The notes under the pieces are model-generated. The model was not told the origin of the DNA. It saw only the letters and a program-made list of their open reading frames with translations, and searched no databases. 64,000 nt of DNA, taken from an uncultured Anaeroplasmataceae bacterium. Its GTDB lineage: Bacteria > Bacillota_I > Bacilli_A > Acholeplasmatales > Anaeroplasmataceae. The DNA lies in contig CAJTNG010000001.1 of the NCBI GenBank assembly GCA_910577745.1, positions 224,346-288,345 of the forward strand. Reading direction: 5' to 3'. This document shows, in pieces, positions 18,988 through 26,647 of the stretch (the first letter of the stretch is position 1; each line of letters opens with the position of its first letter). A program made the position numbers and the translations under genes.

Positions 18988-20293
18988 GTAAAACTTTTTT
19001 TCGGAAATATAACATAAACCCATATATTGTTATACTAGTTATAACTTCAGAAATTGTAATGGCTAAATATATTCCACTTTCTTCCATACAAAGGCTTAAA
19101 CCATATGCTAGAGGTAATAATAAAATTAATTGTCTTAACAGGCTTACGATTAAAGAAAGTAAGCCTTTTTGTATGGATTGAAAATAGGAAGCCATGATAT
19201 AATTGATACAGCCAAAACTAAAACCAATAGAGGCTAATCTTAAGAACATGTTCGTCGTTTGTATTAAATTTTGATCTTCATAGAACATTTGCATCAAAAG
19301 ATTAGGCATGCTCATAAAAATGATAGTTGCAAGAATACCGATTCCGATGGATAAAAATAAGGATTGCTTTAAAATCAGATTTAAGCGTTTTTCATTTTTG
19401 GCTCCATAATTGTAACTCATCAGAGGCATCGTTCCTTGAGCAATTCCGCTTACTCCCATATACACAAAATACTGCAATTTGTAGAATAAGCCAAATGTTG
19501 TAACAGCAAAAGAATTTATAGTGATTAAAATATAATTCATGAAAGTGACCATAAAAGATGGAATGGCATTCATAAAGAAGGATGGAATACCAACCTTATA
19601 GATTAACTGAATGTTATCTTTATTAAAGGAGAACCCTTTTAGGTGAATTCGAATCCGATTCTTTTTAGATAGAATAAATGCTAGCATTACGATGGTAGAA
19701 CAGACTTGGGCAATCACCGTTGCTAGGGCTGCCCCAAGTATTCCCATATCAAATGTGAAGATTAAAAGTGGGTCTAGTATTACATTGATGATCACTCCAG
19801 TAACAAGGGAAAACATCGGAAGTGCCATTTTTCCATCTGCTTGTAATATTTTTTCCATTGCAATTTGAAAGATTGTAGTGAAACTAAAAATTATGATTAA
19901 ATTGATATACGTTAATCCATATTGAATAACTTTATCTTCTGTAGTAAAGGTTTGAATGAAAATTTTAGATAAAGCTAATCCAATAACTAATACTCCAAGA
20001 TAATGAAATATGGAGAGAATCAGTCCAGAGGTTGCTGCATTCTCTGCTTCCGTATGCTTGTTTTGACCAAGCTTCATTGCAATACATGCATTCATTCCTA
20101 CACCTATACCAACAGATAAGGCTAAAATTAAATTTTGTATTGGGTACACAATAGATATTGCCTCCATTGCTTTAGGATCATAATTGGTAACATACATTGA
20201 ATCTATTAAATTATATAAAGATTGAATGATCATAGATAAAGCGGGTGGCAGACTCATTTTTATGATTAAAGCAAGTGTCTTTTTCTTTTCCAT
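18962..20293 (-). CDS. MATE-family efflux transporter
   Basis: 12-TM protein with a typical MATE N-terminus (LPPALSMIIQSLYNLIDSMYV). Start moved to the Met of MEKKK (GGAGAGG RBS upstream). The 3' end overlaps the TIR-TM gene by 26 nt. Confidence 0.75.
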   Translation of the reverse strand: MEKKKTLALIIKMSLPPALSMIIQSLYNLIDSMYVTNYDPKAMEAISIVYPIQNLILALSVGIGVGMNACIAMKLGQNKHTEAENAATSGLILSIFHYLGVLVIGLALSKIFIQTFTTEDKVIQYGLTYINLIIIFSFTTIFQIAMEKILQADGKMALPMFSLVTGVIINVILDPLLIFTFDMGILGAALATVIAQVCSTIVMLAFILSKKNRIRIHLKGFSFNKDNIQLIYKVGIPSFFMNAIPSFMVTFMNYILITINSFAVTTFGLFYKLQYFVYMGVSGIAQGTMPLMSYNYGAKNEKRLNLILKQSLFLSIGIGILATIIFMSMPNLLMQMFYEDQNLIQTTNMFLRLASIGFSFGCINYIMASYFQSIQKGLLSLIVSLLRQLILLLPLAYGLSLCMEESGIYLAITISEVITSITIYGFMLYFRKKVLPNPDKTSF

Positions 20294-20311
20294 AGTATCC
20301 TCTCCATTCAT

Positions 20312-20366
20312 AAAAAAATAGCCTCATATTTGTTTGTTAACTCCGAAACAAAAAAATACGAGGCTA
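20312..20366 (-). terminator. intrinsic-terminator-like hairpin in the MATE 5' leader (possible attenuator)
   Basis: On the minus strand, TAGCCTCGTATTTTTTTGTT pairs with AACAAACAAATATGAGGCTA (about 18 of 20 bp), followed by TTTTTTT. It lies only about 20 nt upstream of the MATE RBS. Confidence 0.5.
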
Positions 20367-20493
20367 ATAGCACTTGCATTGTATCATAGTTTTTATGGAA
20401 AGTCTATGACAAATTTTTTTTATTCATGAAAAAGAATTTTATTTTAAATCAATTTGGTATATAATAATGAAATAGAGAAAAGAGGTAATAAAT

Positions 20494-21627
20494 ATGAAAA
20501 TTGACATTATTTCAGGATTTTTAGGCGCAGGAAAAACTACATTTATAAAAAGACTTTTAAATACGAGGATGAAAGAAGAAAAGGTTGTTCTTATTGAAAA
20601 TGAATTTGGTGAAATCTCTGTAGATTCAGACTTTTTAGCAGATACAAGGATTGATATTAAGGAGTTATCTCAAGGCTGTATCTGTTGTAGCTTATTTGGA
20701 GATTTTTCTAAATCTTTACAGGAAGTCATTGAAAAGTATCAGCCTGATCGTATTTTAATCGAACCATCAGGAGTAGGAAAATTATCAGATATTATTCAAG
20801 CTGTCAAAGATGCAGGATTAGAAAAGAATTTAAATGCTTTAGTTTGTCTTGTAGATGTCAATAAAGCTAAAATGTATTCTAAGAATTTTGGTGAATTCTT
20901 TTTAGACCAAATTAAAACCGCACATACGATTATTTTATCTCGTACGGACGTTGCTAAAGAAGATAAAGTAATTGAAACGTTAGAAGTAATAAGAGAAAAT
21001 AATGACAAGGCAGTTTTAGTAACTACGCCTATTCAAGATTTGAAAGATGGTGAGATATTTAAAGCCTATGAGGGATTACATGATGATTTTAAAAAAGAAC
21101 TTTTACAAGATGTACACCATGAGCATGAAGAAGAGTGTTGCGGACACCACCATCATCATGAACATGAAGAAGAATGCTGTGGACACCACCATCATCATGA
21201 ACATGAAGAAGAGTGCTGTGGACACCACCATCACCACGAGCATGAAGAAGAGTGCTGTGGACACCACCATCACCACGAGCATGAAGAAGAATGCTGTGGA
21301 CACCACCATCATCATGAATATGAAGGAGAGTGTTGTGGGCATCACCACCACCATCATGCAGAAGAAGTGTTTTCTTCTGTAGGTTTTGAGACAGTCAAGA
21401 AATATAATTTAGAATTTTTGAAAAAAGTTTTAGAGAACCTGTCTAATGGGGTTTGTGGTATTGTCGTAAGGGCTAAAGGTGTTATTTCAGATGATACGAA
21501 TCAATGGTATCAGTTTAATTTAACTCCTGGTGAAGTAACTTTAGAGAAATGCAATCCACGTCCAATTGGTAAAATCTGTGTGATTGGTTCAAAGATTGAT
21601 GAAGCAGTTATTAAAAAATTATTTTAG
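20494..21627 (+). CDS. COG0523/CobW-family G3E GTPase metallochaperone with His/Cys-rich insert
   Basis: Walker A GFLGAGKTT, CXCC motif GCICCS, IEPSGVG, SRTD. An internal 81-aa HEHEEECCGHHHH repeat tract. Confidence 0.8.
   Translation: MKIDIISGFLGAGKTTFIKRLLNTRMKEEKVVLIENEFGEISVDSDFLADTRIDIKELSQGCICCSLFGDFSKSLQEVIEKYQPDRILIEPSGVGKLSDIIQAVKDAGLEKNLNALVCLVDVNKAKMYSKNFGEFFLDQIKTAHTIILSRTDVAKEDKVIETLEVIRENNDKAVLVTTPIQDLKDGEIFKAYEGLHDDFKKELLQDVHHEHEEECCGHHHHHEHEEECCGHHHHHEHEEECCGHHHHHEHEEECCGHHHHHEHEEECCGHHHHHEYEGECCGHHHHHHAEEVFSSVGFETVKKYNLEFLKKVLENLSNGVCGIVVRAKGVISDDTNQWYQFNLTPGEVTLEKCNPRPIGKICVIGSKIDEAVIKKLF
21115..21357 (+). repeat. in-frame tandem repeat, about 6 x 39 nt, encoding (HEHEEECCGHHHH)n
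   Basis: Six near-identical 39-nt units that differ mostly at synonymous positions. The last unit is degenerate (HEYEGECCGHHHHHH). Confidence 0.9.
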
Positions 21628-21637
21628 AGGATAGTCT

Positions 21638-22558
21638 ATGGTTGAGGTACCTATATTTATTGTAAATGGTTTACTGGAAAGTGGTAAAACCACACTAATC
21701 AAAGAAATTATAGAGAATAATGTTTCTTATCAAGCAGGAACTACACTTTTGGTGGTTTGTGAAGAAGGAGAAACAGAATATGAAGAGCGTTGGCTCAAAG
21801 AGTATGAAGTTCAAATCGCTTATGTTTCAAAAGAAGCTGATTTGACACCAGAGTTTTTGATGGCTTTAGATGAACAATATCAGCCTGTTCAAATTGTTTT
21901 AGAATATAATAGTTTTTATAATATGGATGAATTAGCCTTTCCAGAGTATATGCCAGTCTATCAGCAAGTTACACTCATTGATGCGTCCACATTTGGCATA
22001 TTCTTTAATAATATGAAACAAATCTTTAATAATCTTGTAAAATTTTCTTCTTTGGTTATTTTTAATCGTTGTGATGGAATAAAAGATTTATCTTTATATC
22101 GTAGACAAATTAGAGCTTTAAACCAAGAATGCCAAATTGGTTTTGAGGGAAAAAATGGGCAACTAACCTCTATGTTAGATGAAGATCTTCCATACGATAT
22201 TACAAAAGATAGCATTCTACTAGAGGATGAAGATTATCCTACTTGGTATATTGATGTGTTTGACAACTATGAAAAATATCAAGGAAAGACCATACGATTT
22301 AAAACTTTCGTTAGAGATATTTTAGAAGACTCTATAGTCGTAGGAAGAAATGTTATGACATGTTGTGAAAATGATATTCAGTTTTTAGGATATGAGGTTC
22401 AAAATGTAGATCTGCTTTTAGGAATTGGAGATTGCATTTTCTTAGAATGTATGGTTAAACGTGAGTATTCTAAAATTGCAGAAGAGGAAGTCGTAATGCT
22501 AGATGCCAAAAAGGTGTCTAAACTTCCAAAGGAAGAGGATAAGGTTCTATCCTTATAA
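21638..22558 (+). CDS. COG0523-like GTPase paralogue lacking CXCC, with a DUF1980/TIGR03943-like C-terminal domain
   Basis: Walker A GLLESGKTT, IVLEYNS, FNRCD, but VVCEEGE where CXCC is expected. C-terminus YQGKTIRFKTFV...VGRNVMTCCENDIQFLGY. Confidence 0.55.
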   Translation: MVEVPIFIVNGLLESGKTTLIKEIIENNVSYQAGTTLLVVCEEGETEYEERWLKEYEVQIAYVSKEADLTPEFLMALDEQYQPVQIVLEYNSFYNMDELAFPEYMPVYQQVTLIDASTFGIFFNNMKQIFNNLVKFSSLVIFNRCDGIKDLSLYRRQIRALNQECQIGFEGKNGQLTSMLDEDLPYDITKDSILLEDEDYPTWYIDVFDNYEKYQGKTIRFKTFVRDILEDSIVVGRNVMTCCENDIQFLGYEVQNVDLLLGIGDCIFLECMVKREYSKIAEEEVVMLDAKKVSKLPKEEDKVLSL

Positions 22559-22560
22559 AG

Positions 22561-22584
22561 GAGACAAAGTTTGTCTCTTTTTTT
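22561..22584 (+). terminator. rho-independent terminator
   Basis: GAGACAA-AGT-TTGTCTC followed by TTTTTTT. Confidence 0.65.
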
Positions 22585-22651
22585 GTTTCTGTGCAAGGAA
22601 ATGGCTTACTTTTGTTAAAAATTGTGATATACTTATACTTGGTGATAAAGC

Positions 22652-23098
22652 ATGGTAAAAGAATATATAACAAAATCCGCAGAAGAAACCATAGCCATAG
22701 GTGTGAAAATTGGGAAACTGCTTCAAATTTCAGATGTAGTATTATTGACAGGTGATTTATCTGCAGGAAAGACAACGCTAACTAAAGGAATTGGTTCTGC
22801 CTTACAAGTTACAAAAGTTATTAATTCTCCCACATTTACGATAGTGAAAGAATATAAAGGGTTCTATCCTTTATATCATTTAGATTTATATAGATTGAAT
22901 GGTTTAAATCAAGATTTTGATTTGGAAGAATTTATTGGCGGTGACGGGGTTTGTGTCATTGAATGGCCGAACCAAGTGGAAGAATTATTGCCAAAAGAAT
23001 TTTTAGAGGTTTCACTAGAAAGAATCAACGAATTTGAAAGAAAGATAGTAATTTCCTCTAAAGGGAAACACTATGAAGAGGTTGTGATGAAACTATGA
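22652..23098 (+). CDS. tsaE: tRNA t6A37 biosynthesis ATPase TsaE
   Basis: GDLSAGKTTLTKGI P-loop, SPTFTIVKEY, and the HLDLYRL motif. Confidence 0.85.
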   Translation: MVKEYITKSAEETIAIGVKIGKLLQISDVVLLTGDLSAGKTTLTKGIGSALQVTKVINSPTFTIVKEYKGFYPLYHLDLYRLNGLNQDFDLEEFIGGDGVCVIEWPNQVEELLPKEFLEVSLERINEFERKIVISSKGKHYEEVVMKL

Positions 23099-23676
23099 AA
23101 ACATTGATTATTGATTCTGCAACAAACATTTTATATACGGCTCTATTGGTCGACAAGGATAAAAAATATGAGTCTTATGTTTTAGGAAAAAATGATCATG
23201 CAAGCGCAATTCTTGTAGAAATAGAAAAAGCTTGCAAAACTGCAGAACTTGAACTTAAGAATCTGGATTGTGTAGTCGTGGGATATGGTCCAGGCTCCTA
23301 CACAGGAGTTCGTATGGGCGTAACCATTGGTAAACTGCTTGCGACTTTAGAAAAGAATATCAAACTATATACCCTATCCACATTATTGTTCATGGCAAGT
23401 GGTTCCAAAGGACAGGTGTTATCCACTATAGATGCTAGAAGAGGAAATGTGTTTGGCTGCATTTATGATATGGATACTATGAATTATGTAGTACAAGAGG
23501 CTTTAGTAGAAAAAAGTGAAATAGAACATCATCCTCATACGACAAGTGTGGATGAAAACCATTTTGTTGTAGACCCTTTTAAAGTTGTAACTATGGCTTC
23601 TTATGTGGCAGAGCCTAGAACGCTGGTGCCAAACTATTTAAGACAAACGGAAGCGGAGCGGAATCTAAATGCTTAG
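23095..23676 (+). CDS. tsaB: tRNA t6A37 biosynthesis protein TsaB
   Basis: ATGA overlap with tsaE. YeaZ-like motifs LIIDSATN and GYGPGSYTGVRMGVT. Confidence 0.8.
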   Translation: MKTLIIDSATNILYTALLVDKDKKYESYVLGKNDHASAILVEIEKACKTAELELKNLDCVVVGYGPGSYTGVRMGVTIGKLLATLEKNIKLYTLSTLLFMASGSKGQVLSTIDARRGNVFGCIYDMDTMNYVVQEALVEKSEIEHHPHTTSVDENHFVVDPFKVVTMASYVAEPRTLVPNYLRQTEAERNLNA

Positions 23677-24787
23677 ACCTTATAAAAAAGAAGATATTCC
23701 AAGAATTGTAGAATTAGAAAAAATCCATTTAGAATCCTCTTTAGAAGAATCCTATTATGTAGAGGATATGACCAACCCTCTTGCTAAACATTATGTGTTT
23801 GAAATTGAAGGACAGGTGATAGGGTTTATCTCTTCCATCTTTGATGGCTTTTCTATAGATATTCTAAATTTGGTCATTCATCAGGATTTTCAAGAACAAG
23901 GCTATGGGACGAAGATGCTAGCAGCATTTTTAGATGAATTTGTACCTCTTGGCGTAAATAGTGTATCTTTGGAGGTTCGTGCCTCCAATGTGAAAGCCAT
24001 TCATTTATATGAGAAGTTAGGCTTTAATAAGATCCATGTTAGAAAAGAATATTATAACCATAGGGAAGATGCCTATGTTATGCAAAAATTGTATGATACA
24101 AAAAAAGATATGGCAAATCTAGAAGCCATTCTTTTCTCTAAAAAATGTGGCTTAAAATTTACAAGCGATTTTAAAGAGCGATATTGCTTGAATTATTATG
24201 ACCTATATGATTATAAAATAAAGGCATTACATGAGTTGCGGGAAGAAGACTATCTTTATGTGATAGCCAATTGGACTAACTATCAGCTGTTTGATGGGTT
24301 CGATATTTCTAGTTGTGCATTGATGCATGTAAATGCTTATCAATACCATAGTCTTTCTAAAAAACAACATAAAGTTCATTTGAATTATCTTGAAGATCAT
24401 TTGGATTTTACCTATCAAGTTAATTTAGAATATGGGGAAGAATACGCAAAAAAATATGCTGAATTTAGTTTTGATAAAATCAAAGAAAATAAAATAAAGT
24501 TATTTTCTGTTTTGGAGGAAAATAAAACAATTGGACATGTACAAGTATTAGAATATCATCATAGTATATTTCTTTTAGGGGTGTATGTGGATGCTGCTTA
24601 TAGAAATCAAGGTATTGCATCGGCATTGATTGATGCATGCATATCTTATGCCAAAACATCTAAAAAGTTGGAAGTATATTTAGAGGCAGATGCAGAGGAT
24701 ACCCCTATTCAGATGTATGAGAGAATGAACTTTAAACAGATAGAACAGATTTATGAAATGTTTAAAGAGAAGGCCGGAACAATTTAA
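23669..24787 (+). CDS. rimI: RimI-type N-acetyltransferase with an extra C-terminal GNAT module (372 aa)
   Basis: Position after tsaE-tsaB. First GNAT has QEQGYGTKML...LEVRASNVKAIHLYEKLGF. Second GNAT near the C-terminus has YRNQGIASALIDACISYAK. Confidence 0.65.
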   Translation: MLRPYKKEDIPRIVELEKIHLESSLEESYYVEDMTNPLAKHYVFEIEGQVIGFISSIFDGFSIDILNLVIHQDFQEQGYGTKMLAAFLDEFVPLGVNSVSLEVRASNVKAIHLYEKLGFNKIHVRKEYYNHREDAYVMQKLYDTKKDMANLEAILFSKKCGLKFTSDFKERYCLNYYDLYDYKIKALHELREEDYLYVIANWTNYQLFDGFDISSCALMHVNAYQYHSLSKKQHKVHLNYLEDHLDFTYQVNLEYGEEYAKKYAEFSFDKIKENKIKLFSVLEENKTIGHVQVLEYHHSIFLLGVYVDAAYRNQGIASALIDACISYAKTSKKLEVYLEADAEDTPIQMYERMNFKQIEQIYEMFKEKAGTI

Positions 24788-24819
24788 AGGAAATAAATAT
24801 ATTTTTATAAAGATCAAAC

Positions 24820-24846
24820 ACTTCTAAAATATTTAGAAGTTTTTTC
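24820..24846 (+). terminator. rho-independent terminator after rimI
   Basis: ACTTCTAAA-ATA-TTTAGAAGT followed by TTTTT. Confidence 0.65.
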
Positions 24847-24948
24847 TTTAGAACTTATATTAATACTATTATTTTTTTAGTAAATATTGTATAATATCAA
24901 TGATATATACAAAATATGATGTTTATGGAAGTATTAGGAGTGATACAT

Positions 24949-26595
24949 ATGGAAGAAATCAGTAATTATATAAAAACTTTGATGGCAGAGGATTTAAAAG
25001 AGGGTAGAGTAAAAGAAATTATTACTCGTTTTCCGCCTGAACCTAATGCCTATTTACATATTGGACATGCACGTGCAATTGTCACAAATTTTGAATCTGC
25101 GAAAGCCTATGGTGGCAAGACAAACCTACGTTTGGATGATACAAATCCTACAAAAGAGGATAGTGAATATGTAGAGGCAATTCAAGAGGATTTAAAATGG
25201 TTAGGCTATACGCCAAATCACGTATTTTTTGGAAGCGACTATTTTGAAGAAACCTATGAAAAAGCCGTTCTTTTAATTAAAAAGGGATTGGCTTATGTGG
25301 ATGACCTTTCTCAAGAAGAAGCCTCAAAGTATCGTGGCACATTGACCGAGCCTGGCAAGAATTCTCCTTATCGAGATCGAAGTATAGAAGAAAATTTGGA
25401 TCTGTTTACAAGAATGCGTGCAGGAGAATTTAAAGATGGTGAAAAGACACTTCGTGCGAAAATTGATATGGCAAGTCCTAATATCAATATGAGAGATCCA
25501 ATTTTATATCGTATCATTCATATGCATCATCATCGTCAAGGAGATAAGTGGTGTATTTACCCTATGTATGATTTTGCACATCCTTTACAGGACAGTTTTG
25601 AGGGGATTACACATTCCTGCTGCTCATTAGAATTTGATAATCATCGCGTGCTATACGATTGGGTTTTGGCAAATACTGAGGTAGAACATATTTCTCATCA
25701 ATATGAGTTCGGACGGTTAAACATTACAGGTATGGTTATGTCCAAACGTTATTTGAGAACTTTAGTAGATACGAAAAAGGTAAGTGGCTATGACGATCCA
25801 AGAATGCCAACGCTGGTTGGACTAAAACGTCGTGGGTTTACACCTGAAGCTATAAAAAAATTTATCTTGTCTACAGGATTATCTCGTGTAAATTCAACTG
25901 TAGATTATGCACAGCTTGAAGAGGCATTAAGAGATGATTTAAAGATGAAGACGTTAAGACCTTCTGCTGTCATTCATCCAGTTTTAGTTCAGATTGACAA
26001 TTATCCTGAAGGACAAGTCGAATATATGGATTGTCCAAACAATGCAGAAAATGAAGCATTGGGATCTAGAAAAATAGCATTTAGTAAATATGTTTATATT
26101 GAAAGAGAAGATTTTATTGAAGAAAAACCAAATAAAAAGTGGAAAAGATTGGCACTAGGCGTAGAGGTAAGACTTATGCATGCCTACTTCATTACCGCAA
26201 CCCGTGTGGAAAAAGATGAGAATGGAAACATTACTTTGATTCATGCGACGTATGATCCAGCAACTCGTTCTGGTTCTGGGTTTGATGCAAGAAAGCCAAA
26301 TGGAAACATTCACTTTGTGGAACAAACGACAGCAATCCCTGCAGAGTTTAGAATTTTTGAGGCTCTCATCTTGCCTGAAACTGAGGAGACAAAAGATTTA
26401 GATTTTATGGAAAGACTAAATCCAAATTCTCTTACTATACAAGAAGGCTTTGTAGAAAAATCTTTAGAAGATACAAAACCTTTAGACCATTATCAGTTTG
26501 TACGTAACGGATATTACGTTACAGACCAGGATAGTACAGATACTAAGTTAGTATTTAACTGCACATGTGGCTTAAAATCATCATTTAAGCTATAA
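24949..26595 (+). CDS. glnS: glutamine--tRNA ligase
   Basis: HIGH motif (YLHIGHARA), KMSKS variant (VMSKR), and a GlnRS-type anticodon-binding C-terminal domain. ATG 24949 behind AGGAG. Confidence 0.85.
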   Translation: MEEISNYIKTLMAEDLKEGRVKEIITRFPPEPNAYLHIGHARAIVTNFESAKAYGGKTNLRLDDTNPTKEDSEYVEAIQEDLKWLGYTPNHVFFGSDYFEETYEKAVLLIKKGLAYVDDLSQEEASKYRGTLTEPGKNSPYRDRSIEENLDLFTRMRAGEFKDGEKTLRAKIDMASPNINMRDPILYRIIHMHHHRQGDKWCIYPMYDFAHPLQDSFEGITHSCCSLEFDNHRVLYDWVLANTEVEHISHQYEFGRLNITGMVMSKRYLRTLVDTKKVSGYDDPRMPTLVGLKRRGFTPEAIKKFILSTGLSRVNSTVDYAQLEEALRDDLKMKTLRPSAVIHPVLVQIDNYPEGQVEYMDCPNNAENEALGSRKIAFSKYVYIEREDFIEEKPNKKWKRLALGVEVRLMHAYFITATRVEKDENGNITLIHATYDPATRSGSGFDARKPNGNIHFVEQTTAIPAEFRIFEALILPETEETKDLDFMERLNPNSLTIQEGFVEKSLEDTKPLDHYQFVRNGYYVTDQDSTDTKLVFNCTCGLKSSFKL

Positions 26596-26647
26596 AATAT
26601 AGGACTGCTTAGGCAGCCCTAAATTTATGTAGGAAAGGAAGAATAAA

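Noticed and set aside
20367-20493. Expected Zur box upstream of the COG0523 genes.
   Set aside because: I found only an 8-bp palindrome, TTCATGAA, in low-complexity A/T sequence. Nothing resembles the AAATCGTAAT-N-ATTACGATTT-type Zur operator. A motif scan is needed before any claim.
21115-21357. Regular ~39-nt repeats that could be mistaken for a CRISPR array.
   Set aside because: The units are directly adjacent with no spacers. They are in frame within a conserved GTPase and encode a metal-binding tract.
21047-21382. Track ORFs 21047..21382 (+) and 21103..21357 (-), with repetitive MKK.AVDTTI / MMVVSTA sequences.
   Set aside because: They are alternative-frame and antisense readings of the 39-nt His/Cys repeat inside the COG0523 gene. 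They have no RBS and are artefacts of the repeat.
24847-24948. Possible T-box leader upstream of glnS.
   Set aside because: The leader after the TGTATAAT -10 element is only ~50 nt. There is no specifier-loop or T-box (AGGGUGG..ACCGCG-like) sequence.
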